Assembly: GCA_038143065.1 (NCBI GenBank)
Contig: JAYQLI010000035.1
Coordinates: 1,824,894 to 1,888,893, forward strand
DNA from: Rhodospirillales bacterium
GTDB taxonomy: Bacteria > Pseudomonadota > Alphaproteobacteria > Bin95
Reading direction: 5' to 3'
DNA length: 64,000 bases
Shown here: positions 33,776 to 44,191 of the stretch, piece by piece
How the letters are laid out: each line of letters opens with the position of its first letter
Position numbering within the stretch: the first letter of the stretch is position 1
The notes under the pieces: model-generated
Database searches by the model: none
The model's input: the letters and a program-made list of their open reading frames with translations, nothing else
What the model was told of the DNA's origin: nothing
Translations under genes and position numbers: made by a program

Positions 33776-34947
33776 ATGATAACAGGCGAAGTTACGTTTA
33801 CACGACTGGAACGGGTGACGTATGGGATACCAATCGGCAAAGCAGTGGCCGATGCAGTAGAGAGAGCAGGTGCATCCCGTGTTTTTATCATGGCAAGTCG
33901 CACACTGATTGTGCGTAACCAGGAAATACAAGAGGTAATTGAAGGGCTGAATGGTAAAGTTTGCGGTGTTTACTCAGGCATGCCGCCCCACACTCCCCGA
34001 GACGCTGTTTTGGAAGCAGTAGAAAGCGCACGCAAAGGCCGAGCTGAGATGATTGTCACAATAGGGGTGGCTCTATAACCGATGCTGCAAAGGCTGTTTG
34101 TCTTGCTATGGAACATGATTTGAAAAATATTCAAGACTTTGATCCGTTCATTGTACAAACAGCCCCCGATGGATCCACCATAACTCCTGAATATCGCGCA
34201 CCAACTATGCCTCTTTTATGTTGTCCGACAACATTATCTGCAGGCGAATATAACCCACTTGCTGGTGTGTCTGATCCGAGAAAAGGAGTGAAGCAGGCTA
34301 TTCGTTCACCAGGGATGGCGCCAAGCGAAGTAATACTAGATCCTGCCTTAACACTTCCAACTCCTGAATGGTTATGGCTTTCTACCGGCGTTAGAGCTGT
34401 GGACCACTGCGTTGAAGCTATCTGCTCACCTAGTGCAAATGCCTACTGTGACGCCCAATCACTCCACGGTCTGAAATTGTTGACTAAAGGTCTTACCGCC
34501 ACCAAAGCAGACCCCACTGACCTTCAGGCAAGAAGTGACTGTCAACTTGGTGCATGGCTCTCGATGTCAAGCGTCCAAGCTGGCGTCCCCAAAGGAGCAA
34601 GTCATGCTATTGGTCATATTCTTGGTGGTAGTTTTGGGGTCTCGCATGGACACACTTCATGTGTGATGTTACCTCACGTAATGCGCTGGAACCTCTCAAA
34701 AGAGACGGAAAAACGTCAGCGCTTTGTTGCCGCAGCGATGGGAAATGAAAATCGTTCCGCAGGTGACATATTGCAGGAATTTATCCAGAGCCTCGGTATG
34801 CCATCAAGTCTAAAGGAGGTTGGTGTAACTGAGGCAGATTTTGAGCGATGCGCTAAGCTTTCGATGCATGATCGCTGGATTCACACAAATCCAAAGCCCA
34901 TAAAAGGGCCAGAAGATGTGCTAGAAATTCTGAAACTTGCCTCATGA
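33776..34947 (+). CDS. Iron-containing alcohol dehydrogenase / maleylacetate reductase-like (apparent frameshift near 34065)
   Basis: GGGS..DAAK motif split in a G-run; PTTLSAGE, AVDHCVE, SHAIGH, HG. Confidence 0.85.
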
Positions 34948-35017
34948 CAACTTGCCCTCTGAGGATGTGACAGCTAGCTTCAAGTAATCCACGGCCGCTA
35001 AAGACGGACAAAATGTT

Positions 35018-35317
35018 ATGGATGCAATATTGATTGCGCTTTTCCAGGTTATCGATCTAGTCTTAGGACTAGTTGTCTGGGCATTAATTCTCTCCGCTAT
35101 ACTAAGTTGGCTGGTCGCTTTTAACGTTGTTAATGTGCGCAACCAGTTTATCTCAACAGTTGGAAATTTTCTGTACCGAGTAACAGAGCCTATGTTGCGC
35201 CCCATCCGCCGCTATGTTCCCGATTTTGGTGGTGTAGATGTATCCCCAGTCATCTTGATTTTGGTGATTTACTTCATCCGTAGTGTTCTCAGGCAGTGGG
35301 CTGTGTCAGGGTTTTGA
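35018..35317 (+). CDS. yggT: YggT family membrane protein
   Basis: [30 protein letters not shown]. Confidence 0.93.
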   Translation: MDAILIALFQVIDLVLGLVVWALILSAILSWLVAFNVVNVRNQFISTVGNFLYRVTEPMLRPIRRYVPDFGGVDVSPVILILVIYFIRSVLRQWAVSGF

Positions 35318-35628
35318 TTGTCCGTGAAGAGGGCAAACACAGCATAATTCTTGAACTTCGGGTTCAACCTGGCGCATCAAAAACTAAAACAAAAGGTTTT
35401 GAGACTGACGGTAAGGGTGTTGAGCGCCTAAAACTCTACGTTAGTACTCGCCCCGTGGATGGCGCCGCAAATATAGCCGTAATTGAGTGGGTGGCTAACT
35501 TTTTTGGGATCCCCAAGCGCGATGTCGCATTGACCCGGGGCCAGAAGTCTCGTTCAAAGTCAATCAGGATTAATGGCTCAGCGGCGGATTTAATAGCTCG
35601 AGCGCAAAGTCTTATTGGAGACAAATGA
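35314..35628 (+). CDS. yggU: DUF167 (YggU) family protein
   Basis: [22 protein letters not shown]; between yggT and folD. Confidence 0.88.
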   Translation: MIVREEGKHSIILELRVQPGASKTKTKGFETDGKGVERLKLYVSTRPVDGAANIAVIEWVANFFGIPKRDVALTRGQKSRSKSIRINGSAADLIARAQSLIGDK

Positions 35629-36497
35629 TGACCCGTTTGATTGACGGCAAAGCAATGGCAGCAAACCTCCGAGCTGGCGCAGCCCAAGCTGTATCTACAC
35701 TCGACTTCAAACCTGGCTTAGCAGTAGTGCTCGTTGGAGAAGATCCAGCAAGCTCGGTTTATGTTCGAAACAAGGGGAAAGCCACTGTAGAAGCGGGACT
35801 AAATTCCTTCGAACATAAACTATCTGAAGATGTAAGCGAGGGAGCACTACTCTCGCTCATCGATAAGCTGAACAAAGACAACTCCGTCGACGGCATCCTA
35901 GTCCAACTTCCCTTACCTGCGCATATTGATGCCGAACGCATTCTGAACGCTATTGATCCAGATAAAGACGTTGATGGTTTTCATCCTACCAATGTGGGGC
36001 GGCTTTGGTCAGGTATAGCAGCACTTGCCCCCTGCACTCCCACGGGATGCATGCGGATGATACATGAGGTTGTACCAAAAATTAGTGGCAAGGAAGCAGT
36101 CATAGTGGGCCGCTCAAATATTGTCGGCAAACCAATGGCGGCGATGCTTCTAGCTCAAAGCGCAACTGTTTCAATCGCTCACTCACAAACTGTAGATTTA
36201 AAAGAACGATGTCAGACTGCAGATATTTTGATTGCTGCTGTTGGTCGTCCAGAGATGATCCGCGGGGATTGGATCAAACCTGGTGCTGTTGTTATTGACG
36301 TCGGTATTAATAGAGTAATTCAGGGTGATGGAAAAAATCGTTTGGTTGGTGATGTGGCGGTTGAAGAAGCTGCAGAGCGCGCTCGGGCCATCACCCCTGT
36401 CCCCGGAGGCGTTGGCCCAATGACAATTGCGTGTCTTATAGAAAATGCCGTTCGGGCTTCCTGTATGCGACGAAGTAGACCAATTCCGGAGATGTAA
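35625..36497 (+). CDS. folD: Bifunctional methylene-THF dehydrogenase/cyclohydrolase FolD
   Basis: [41 protein letters not shown]. Confidence 0.97.
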   Translation: MMTRLIDGKAMAANLRAGAAQAVSTLDFKPGLAVVLVGEDPASSVYVRNKGKATVEAGLNSFEHKLSEDVSEGALLSLIDKLNKDNSVDGILVQLPLPAHIDAERILNAIDPDKDVDGFHPTNVGRLWSGIAALAPCTPTGCMRMIHEVVPKISGKEAVIVGRSNIVGKPMAAMLLAQSATVSIAHSQTVDLKERCQTADILIAAVGRPEMIRGDWIKPGAVVIDVGINRVIQGDGKNRLVGDVAVEEAAERARAITPVPGGVGPMTIACLIENAVRASCMRRSRPIPEM

Positions 36498-37229
36498 ATG
36501 GAAGCTGCCGTTCTTGTTGAAACTCGTGATGAGGCAACGTTCATCACCCTCAATCGACCAGAAAAAGCAAATGCTCTTTCTGGAGAGATGGCAGATGGAA
36601 TTAAATTAGCCATCAATGATGCTTCAGAAGCGGGATCACGTGCTGTTATTATTCATGGGATTGGACGGCACTTCTGCGCCGGCTTTGATTTTGGAGACTT
36701 TGACCGTCTTACTGACGGGGACCTTGCACTCAGGTTCATACAGGTGGAAGAAATGTTGCAAACGGTGTTCCACGCACCAATGCCCGTATTAGCTTTAGTG
36801 AAGGGTCAGGCAGTAGGGGCAGGAGCAGACCTTGCAGCAGCAGCCATGCGGGTCGTAGCAGCTCCGGGCACGCGTTTTCAAATGCCCGGACCTCGCTTTG
36901 GTGTAGTACTAGGGACACGTCGCCTAGCGTATAGAATTGGAAACGTGAGTACTCGACAGATACAAATTGAAAATAGAGCCATTGAAACCCAAGAAGCAGA
37001 AAAACTGGGCTTGGTGGATGCCATTGCAGACCCAGAAAGTTGGGATGCGGTTATCGATAACTTTATCGTGGAATACACCCACCTATCGGCCACCGTTACA
37101 GCAGCCCTTTCAGATGTAACTCGTCCTGATACCCGAGATGCCGACATGGCTGCCTTAGCTCGATCAGTGAGTATTCCTGGGATTAAGGAACGTATTTCTA
37201 CATTCCGGAAATCAATGACAAGAAGCTAG
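36498..37229 (+). CDS. Enoyl-CoA hydratase/isomerase (crotonase) family protein
   Basis: ITLNRPEKANAL, FCAGFD, G.AVGAG, EA..LGLVD. Confidence 0.88.
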   Translation: MEAAVLVETRDEATFITLNRPEKANALSGEMADGIKLAINDASEAGSRAVIIHGIGRHFCAGFDFGDFDRLTDGDLALRFIQVEEMLQTVFHAPMPVLALVKGQAVGAGADLAAAAMRVVAAPGTRFQMPGPRFGVVLGTRRLAYRIGNVSTRQIQIENRAIETQEAEKLGLVDAIADPESWDAVIDNFIVEYTHLSATVTAALSDVTRPDTRDADMAALARSVSIPGIKERISTFRKSMTRS

Positions 37230-37261
37230 ACTAATAATTATAGGATTTTTTGTCCTGTTTA

Positions 37262-38596
37262 TTAGTTAGGTATCCCAGCTATTGCACTTGGAATAGAATC
37301 GGTAACCGCAGAAACTATCGCATCAATATCACTTGCGGATGTGTTGAAAGGAGGGGCAAGTACGATGTGATCACCTAAAATGCCATCAATAGTTCCTGGC
37401 ATTGGGTATACTATCACACCTCTTTCTTTGGCTTCTTGCTTTACTCGCTGATTTAGTTTCCAGGAGGGCTCGAACGGGGCCTTGGTTTCTCTATTCTTTA
37501 CGAACTCCAGGCCAATCAGCAGACCTCTGCCACGAATATCGCCAACATTGGGATGCTGGCCGAGCCCCTGCTTCAAGCCATCCATCAAGCGTGCTCCATT
37601 AACGGCTACGGCCGTTAAGAGATTTTCATCCTTTATAACCTTTTGAACTGCGAGCGCTGCTGAGCAGGCTAAGGGATGACCAAGATAAGTGTGCCCGTGC
37701 ATAAAGCTACCAGTTCCATTCCTTATCGCTGTGGCAATCTGGTTAGAAAGCAACATTGCCCCTATGGGCTGGTAGCCGCCACCAAGTCCTTTTGCAATTG
37801 TAATAATGTCTGCCACAACCTTCTCAGATTCCATAACAAACATATCGCCTGTGCGTCCGCCGCCGCACATAATTTCATCGGCAATTAATAAAACACCGTA
37901 TTTATCGCAAATATCACGGATACGGCGGAAATACCCTGGAACAGGCTCAACAGCTCCTAAAGTTGCTCCAACTATCGGCTCAGCAATAAAACCCGCAACT
38001 GTTTCAGGTCCCAAGTCAAGTATTTCAGTCTCTAATTCATTAGCCACGCGAAGGCCATAAGCCTCGATGCTTTCATCTTTGAACTTTTCTCTGTACGCAT
38101 AACAAGGACTTATATGGCTGGCAGACATTAACAGAGGTTGATAAGAATTCCGCCTCATTGCATTACCACTGACAGCTAGAGCACCCAACGTATTACCGTG
38201 GTAGCTTTGCCTTCTTGAAATAAAGTGCCTGCGTTCTGGCTGACCTATCTCTAAAAAATACTGGCGAGTAAGCTTTAAAGCCGATTCGACTGCCTCTGAC
38301 CCACTCGATACGAAAAACGCATGGGAAATATTTTCTGGTGCCGATGATACTAGAATCTCAGCCAGCTCTTCTTGGGACTCATGAGTAAAAGACCCAGTAT
38401 GAACGTATTGTAAATTACCCATAGCTTCTTGGAGGGCTTCAAGAACACGGGGATGCCCATGCCCAAGACAAGAAACAGCTGCACCACCAGAAGCATCAAT
38501 ATAAGATTTTCCTGAGCGGTCGAATATTCGGCAACCTTCAGCTCGCACAGCTAACGGTGGTGGTTCAGCTATATTTCTGTGTAGCACTTTGCTCAT
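37262..38596 (-). CDS. Class III PLP aminotransferase (BioA-like family)
   Basis: YIDASGG, SSGSEAVE, SYHGNT, FIAEP, LLIADEIMCGGGRTG, PLP-Lys IAKGL. Confidence 0.9.
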   Translation of the reverse strand: MSKVLHRNIAEPPPLAVRAEGCRIFDRSGKSYIDASGGAAVSCLGHGHPRVLEALQEAMGNLQYVHTGSFTHESQEELAEILVSSAPENISHAFFVSSGSEAVESALKLTRQYFLEIGQPERRHFISRRQSYHGNTLGALAVSGNAMRRNSYQPLLMSASHISPCYAYREKFKDESIEAYGLRVANELETEILDLGPETVAGFIAEPIVGATLGAVEPVPGYFRRIRDICDKYGVLLIADEIMCGGGRTGDMFVMESEKVVADIITIAKGLGGGYQPIGAMLLSNQIATAIRNGTGSFMHGHTYLGHPLACSAALAVQKVIKDENLLTAVAVNGARLMDGLKQGLGQHPNVGDIRGRGLLIGLEFVKNRETKAPFEPSWKLNQRVKQEAKERGVIVYPMPGTIDGILGDHIVLAPPFNTSASDIDAIVSAVTDSIPSAIAGIPN

Positions 38597-38665
38597 GGCA
38601 AAAGACCCCATTATGTCGTACGACCGCAAGCTTAGCGTGAATTAAACTTTTGATGGAGGGTTAAC

Positions 38666-39622
38666 TTGACTGTTGATTTACCGATCGAGATGGGAGCAAC
38701 ATTCGGCCTTCACACACGCATCCCAAACCCTGAATATGCGCAGGTTCTAGTAGATCTAGCTGAGAAAACCGATTTCTCAACGATTGCAGTTGGCGATCAT
38801 TTGGCCTTTGCACAAAGTATAGATGACCCACTACTCGGATTGGCTATGATAGCCACGTTGTCGAACAAGCTAACAATAGGTACTTCGGTATTCCTTCTTG
38901 GTTTAAGACACCCTGGATTAGTCGCAAAGCAAACAATTACCCTTTCACGTATGGCACCCGGTCGATTTGTTTTTGGTGTTGGAGTGGGCGGTGAATTCCC
39001 CGCCGAGTTTGAATTCGCCGGGGTTCCTTTGAACGAGCGTGGACCCCGTGTCGATGAAAGCATAAAAATTCTTAAAAAACTTTGGTCTGGTCAGCCAGTT
39101 GCCCACGAAGGACGTTTCTTCAGCTTCCCTAAAACCCAACTTAGCCCAAGTCCCGAACCCTTAGGCGGACCTCCAATTTGGGTGGGAGGCCGCTCCGAAG
39201 CAGCATTCAGACGTGCTGGAAGGCTTTGCGACGGCTATATTTCTTACGTGATTACACCCAACCAATACCGTCAGGCCCTAGAACTTATTGCCATTGAATA
39301 CGCAAAAGCGAAACGAAAGCTTAGTTCATATGGTGCAGCACACCTTCTCTTCATTCGTTTAGATCAGACCTATGATGAAGCTTTTAAAGTAGCAAATTCA
39401 CTTTTATCCCAACGCTATGCTATGGACTTTAGTCGTGCCACCAAACGCTACGTCGCTCTTGGTACAGCTGCCGACGTAGCTGAAAAGCTTTCAGAGTTTT
39501 ATTCAAACGGTGTTAGGCATTTTGAATTTGATTTTCTGGGCACCCCAGAGGAGCGTCTGCACCAAGCAAATCTATTTTCGGATGAAGTCAGGCCTTTGCT
39601 TGATTTCCCATGTAAAAGCTGA
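38666..39622 (+). CDS. LLM class flavin/F420-dependent oxidoreductase
   Basis: VGDH, GTSV, GRFVFGVGVGGEF..EF, HEGRFF, PPIWVGG....A.RRAG...DG; GGAGG RBS before TTG. Confidence 0.88.
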   Translation: MTVDLPIEMGATFGLHTRIPNPEYAQVLVDLAEKTDFSTIAVGDHLAFAQSIDDPLLGLAMIATLSNKLTIGTSVFLLGLRHPGLVAKQTITLSRMAPGRFVFGVGVGGEFPAEFEFAGVPLNERGPRVDESIKILKKLWSGQPVAHEGRFFSFPKTQLSPSPEPLGGPPIWVGGRSEAAFRRAGRLCDGYISYVITPNQYRQALELIAIEYAKAKRKLSSYGAAHLLFIRLDQTYDEAFKVANSLLSQRYAMDFSRATKRYVALGTAADVAEKLSEFYSNGVRHFEFDFLGTPEERLHQANLFSDEVRPLLDFPCKS

Positions 39623-39657
39623 ATGGGAAGACGAAATTAAGGAAAAATTGAAAATAC

Positions 39658-40107
39658 TTAAGATGATTTTTTAGTTAAAATCTTTTCAAAAATATCGAGG
39701 GTTTCGTTACTTACGTGGTGCTCAATGCCCTCTGCATCGATAGCTGCTGTATCAGGCGACACACCTATTGCTATTAGAAAGCCAAGGACAATTTCGTGCC
39801 TTTTCCTTGAGCGCACTGCTAGTGCAGCTCCTTTTTCTGTAAGGAAAATTGATCGATAAGGACGGGTCTGTACGAAGCCTTCCCGTGAGAGCCTTGCAAG
39901 GGTTTTATTCACCGTTGCATGGCTAACACCAAAGCGTTCGGCCAGATCAACAGCACGTGCCTCTCCTTCCTCAGCAAGGAGATCAGCTATAAGCTCGACA
40001 TAATCTTCAGCAACCTCAGTTTGTCGCGCTTGGCGCAAACGATCAAAGCCAGCGGCCTGACTACTTACATCTTGTAGACGGGTTTTAGAGGCAGGCTGGT
40101 CGGTCAT
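39658..40107 (-). CDS. mntR: Manganese-responsive DtxR-family regulator MntR
   Basis: EDYVELIADL, AR.VDLA...GVSHATV, PYRSIFLT, RH.IV..FL, DAEGIEHHVS (E. coli MntR-type). Confidence 0.92.
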   Translation of the reverse strand: MTDQPASKTRLQDVSSQAAGFDRLRQARQTEVAEDYVELIADLLAEEGEARAVDLAERFGVSHATVNKTLARLSREGFVQTRPYRSIFLTEKGAALAVRSRKRHEIVLGFLIAIGVSPDTAAIDAEGIEHHVSNETLDIFEKILTKKSS

Positions 40108-40169
40108 GGTTTTCCCTTCGATAAGACACATCTAAACCTCAAAAGCCTGATTATCAAGCACAAGAACGA

Positions 40170-40189
40170 TTGTTAGCCTTAGCTAATAT
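40170..40189. promoter_or_regulatory. Putative MntR operator
   Basis: TGTTAGC-CTTA-GCTAATA, a TAGC-N4-GCTA palindrome like the E. coli MntR box, between divergent mntR and the transporter operon. Confidence 0.7.
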
Positions 40190-40190
40190 T

Positions 40191-40206
40191 TTATATATAT
40201 ATATAA
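40191..40206. repeat. (TA)7 microsatellite within a 16-bp palindrome
   Basis: TTATATATATATATAA directly next to the MntR box. Confidence 0.9.
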
Positions 40207-40281
40207 TATTTATTATGAAGCAAAAACTTGAAACATTGGCCGAGAAAAATATACTAGGCTTAGTATTTTGGGATTCTTAGG

Positions 40282-41255
40282 ATGCAACCAGGCATCTTCT
40301 CTGTCTTAAGGTTGGCACGATTGTGCTTAATAGTTTTGCCGCCACTTCCCCAGTGTTCGCGGCAGAGCGACCCATTATTCTTACAACTATTGCGCAACTA
40401 GGAGAGCCACTCGGCCGTATTTTCTCGGGTTGTGCAAGGGTCGAAACACTCTTGGGAACGGGGATAGATCCACATTTATACAGGCTGAATAGAACAGATG
40501 TTGCCAAAGCCCTAAAAGCAGATGTGATAGTTGCTAACGGCCTAAATCTTGAAGCTCAAATGCTATCTCTGTTTGAGCGCTTATCTACCACAAGGCCGGT
40601 AATTTTTGCCGCGGAGCTTTTGCCGGAAATTCATATTATTCGGCCAGATGGTCGCTCCGCCGATCCGCACATTTGGATGGACCCTAATTTATGGGCCGCT
40701 GTTTTAGGAAAAACTTCCGATGAATTGGTTAAAATATGGCCAAGGTGCAAACCAACAGTCACGAACAATAAAGCTATTGTAATCGCTCAAATTGAAGCGG
40801 TGGATCAATACGGAAAGTCGCGTGTCGCCAGCATTCCTGAACAAGCTCGCATACTCATTACAGCGCATGACGCATTTGGTTATTTTGGGCGCAGGTATAA
40901 TCTAACTGTTTTAAGCGTTCAGGGACTCTCCACTGAGAGTGAAGCTGGAATAGCTCATATCCGTGATTTAGTTTCCGTCATAGCCGGCCGAAAAGTTGGG
41001 GCAGTGTTTGTAGAAACATCTGCACCAGAACGATCTGTTGACGCTGTTATAGAGGGAGCCCGTGCGTTAGGAGCTGCCGTAGAAAAAGGAAGCCCCTTGT
41101 TCTCTGATGCAATGGGCAGCTCTAACACCTATGAAGGCACTTATGTTGGGATGATAGATCATAACGTAACGACTATTGTGCGGGGCCTAGGTGGTGAAGC
41201 ACCAATTACTGGCATGCAGAAGCGTCTTGCTGTTCCTCCCAGGGGGGAGAGTTAA
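40282..41255 (+). CDS. troA: Mn/Zn/Fe ABC transporter substrate-binding protein (TroA/MntA) (probable frameshift in signal peptide near 40335)
   Basis: GIDPHLY, NGLNLE, DPHIWMDP, ITAHDAFGYFG, LFSDAMG..TY.GM..HN; ATG 40282 supplies a signal-like MQPGIFSVLRLARLCLIV in another frame. Confidence 0.85.
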
Positions 41256-41259
41256 TAAA

Positions 41260-42059
41260 ATGAGCCCAGAAATCAGAGCCTTAATTCAAGGAGAAGAGCT
41301 TCATGCCCCTCTGGATAAGCAATCCCCTCTAGACATTTCAGGCCTTACAGTTGCCTATCGACGAACTCCTGCCGTCTGGAACGTAGACTTCAAAGCAGTA
41401 CCGGGCTCTTTAACGGCTATCTTAGGCCCAAACGGAGCCGGTAAATCAACGTTCTTGAAGGGAGCTCTTGGACTTGTACCTACCCTTCAGGGACGCATTG
41501 GTGCCTTTGGCTTGCCTATTAACAAAAACCGGCAACGGATCGCATATGTGCCTCAACGGGAAAGCGTTGATTGGGAATTTCCAGCTACGGCCCTCGATGT
41601 AGTCACCATGGGACTGTACCGAAGTATTGGCTGGTTTCGTCCAATTAGACGTCATCATAAAGAGGCAGCCCTTGAAGTATTGGCCCAACTGGGCATGGCC
41701 GACTTTGCCAATCGTCAAATTGGTCAACTCTCAGGCGGGCAACAACAACGTGTTTTCTCGCCCGCGCCCTCGCTCAAGACGCCGATTTATATTTAATGGA
41801 TGAGCCTTTAGCTGGAGTAGATGCGGCAACCGAGCGGACTATCGTCAACCTACTGCGCCACCTAGCATCCTCAGGAAAAACGGCATTAGTCGTTCATCAT
41901 GATTTGTCTACAGTGAAAGAATACTTTGACCAGGCACTGCTTTTAAATGTTCGCCACATTGCCTCTGGACCCGTTGATGAGGCCGTAACTGAAGATACAC
42001 TTCAACGCACCTATGGGGGGCGGTTAGCGGCACCGCAACTCCGAGCTGTGCTTAGCTGA
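41260..42059 (+). CDS. troB: Metal ABC transporter ATP-binding protein (TroB/MntB) (apparent frameshift near 41755)
   Basis: [25 protein letters not shown]; then [13 protein letters not shown] in the next frame. Confidence 0.88.
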
Positions 42060-42065
42060 ACTATT

Positions 42066-43251
42066 ATGCTTGAAAGTTTCATCGATGCGTTGTTGCTCGA
42101 GGGCGGGTATAACAGCGTTCTTGTAATGGTAGGACTCGGATTACTTGGAGCTGCGGCCGGCCCGATTGGGACTTTTATGATCATCAAGGGCCGACCATTA
42201 TTGGCTGATGCAGTGGCTCACGCGACGCTTCCAGGTATCGCTGCTGGCTTTTTACTTTCCTTTTTTTTTAACAGGGGATGGAAGGAACCCAATCTATCTT
42301 CTAGTTGGGGCAACTGTTACTGGGATCACTGCCGCTGGGGCCATGCATCTTCTGAAAGATGGTATTCGAATTGGCGAGGACGCAGCAACAGCAGCTACCC
42401 TGAGCGTTTCTTTTGGCGCTGGCGTGGTACTTCTGAGCTTTATCCAAAATTTACCTACAGCGGGACAGGCAGGATTAAATGCCTATCTCCTAGGCCAAGC
42501 AGCAACCATGACCCAAGGAGAGGCGTGGCTTGTTTTAGCTGTTGGGGCAACGGCATTACTGATCCTCTTCTTAGTATTCAAAGAATTAACCATTTCAGCA
42601 TTTGATCCTATTGGCGCTAAAGCACTCGGTTTACCTGTGCGTTTACTCGACCTGCTAACAACTACCCTCATGCTCCTAATAGTAGCATCAGGTCTCAGAG
42701 CTGTTGGCTTGGTTCTAATCTTAGCCCTTCTGGTTACACCTGCTGCTGCAGCACGGTTCTGGACAGATAATATTACGCGCATGACTGCTATCTCTGCTAT
42801 TCTTGGAGGTTTGGGAGCATATGTAGGTGGCGCTTTATCCACCGCCATTTCTGGCATGCCAACTGGCGCTCTAATAGTCGCGATAATGAGTTCTATTTTT
42901 GGTTTTAGTCTTCTCTTTGCACCCAAAGGAGGCGCCATCGCGGTTGCCATGCGCAGGCATCAACTTACCAAACACATTCAGCGCCTTCGTGTACTAGGCA
43001 GGATTGCCGATGGAGTAGCGCTAGCTGAGCTTATTAAAGTTGCACGCCATTATGGCTGGGCCGATGCCAACGGAAGGCCAACAATGTCTGGTGAAATAGC
43101 CGCCAAATCCTGGGCGAAGGAAGAAAAACTTCGATCATTATATCTTACTGACAGACCCGAGGAGGCAAATCGAATAACCTACAGTCTTATGCCACTTCAT
43201 CGTCTGATACCAAGAGATGTCCTAGCTGACCTGGAACGTCGATCCTCATGA
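42066..43251 (+). CDS. troC: Metal ABC transporter permease (TroC/MntC) with C-terminal extension (apparent frameshift in T-run near 42265)
   Basis: DAVAHATLPG, LLGQA, FKEL...FDP, AVGLVLI..P.AAARFWT. Confidence 0.85.
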
Positions 43252-44152
43252 CTTTCCTGCAAATTGATTTGCCGGCGATGACGCTTGCCATTCTAGCTGG
43301 ACTAACTGCTGCCCTAGTCGGCAACTTACTAATTTTACGAAGGCAAGCTTTGATGGGAGATGCTCTATCCCATATGGTGTTACCGGGCATTGTTGGTGGT
43401 TATGTCATTAGTGGCCACCCAAAAAGCTGGACTATAGTTGGTGGCGCATTATTAGCGGGCCTTCTGGGCGCTGGCCTCATTTCTCTAATTCAACGACTTG
43501 GTCGATTAGATGCAGCAACAGCGATGGGAGTGGTCTTGACCACCATGTTTGCTGCTGGCGTACTTTTAATTGAAACAATCAATATTTCTGACATCCATCT
43601 TGACATCGAGCATGCATTATACGGGAGCCTCGAGAGTGTGATTTGGCTTTACCCGGTGGGCTGGAAAGATATCTTTAACCCGGCTGCTTGGGCTGACCTA
43701 CCCCGAGAAATACCCTTTATTGCAGGAACCTTTCTTACCTTAGCAACCGCATTTTTCCTCTCTGCCAAGGAGATAAGGTTAGTAACATTTGATCCCAGCT
43801 TTAGTGCCACTCTAGGTATACCTTTCTGGCTTACAGAATTATTAATTAACTGCGCTGTAGCTATTGCAGTAGTAGCTGCATTTGATGCCGTTGGCTCAAT
43901 CTTAGTGATATCAATGCTCATTTGCCCAACTGCAACAGCGAGACTAATCACCAATCGCTTTAACCTTCAGATAGGGTCAGCCTTTTTATTGCGGCTTTCA
44001 GCGCTCTATTTGGGTATGTCTTCGCGGTATGGGGAGCTCCATATCTTGGTTCTCCAGGGGCAGTAAACGCGGCGGGCGGTATCGCGTGTGTGGCAGGTGC
44101 CATCTTGGTTTCAACATCTATTTTGCATGTACTGTTGCAGAAAAGAGCATAA
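43248..44152 (+). CDS. troD: Metal ABC transporter permease (TroD/MntD) (apparent frameshift near 43985)
   Basis: GDALSHMVLPG, HLD.EHALYG, KE....FDP, AFDAVGSILV; shifted tail GYVFAVW...NAAGGIA ends at TAA 44150-44152. Confidence 0.85.
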
Positions 44153-44191
44153 GGCTGCTAACAAATATCTATGATCATTTCTGGTCGAAAT

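Noticed and set aside
23435-37229. A complete DMSP/acrylate pathway (cupin + Fe-ADH as DddB + crotonase as AcuK + carboxylase)
   Set aside because: The genes are scattered across different operons, the crotonase lacks catalytic glutamates, and there is no acuI/acuN/dddC
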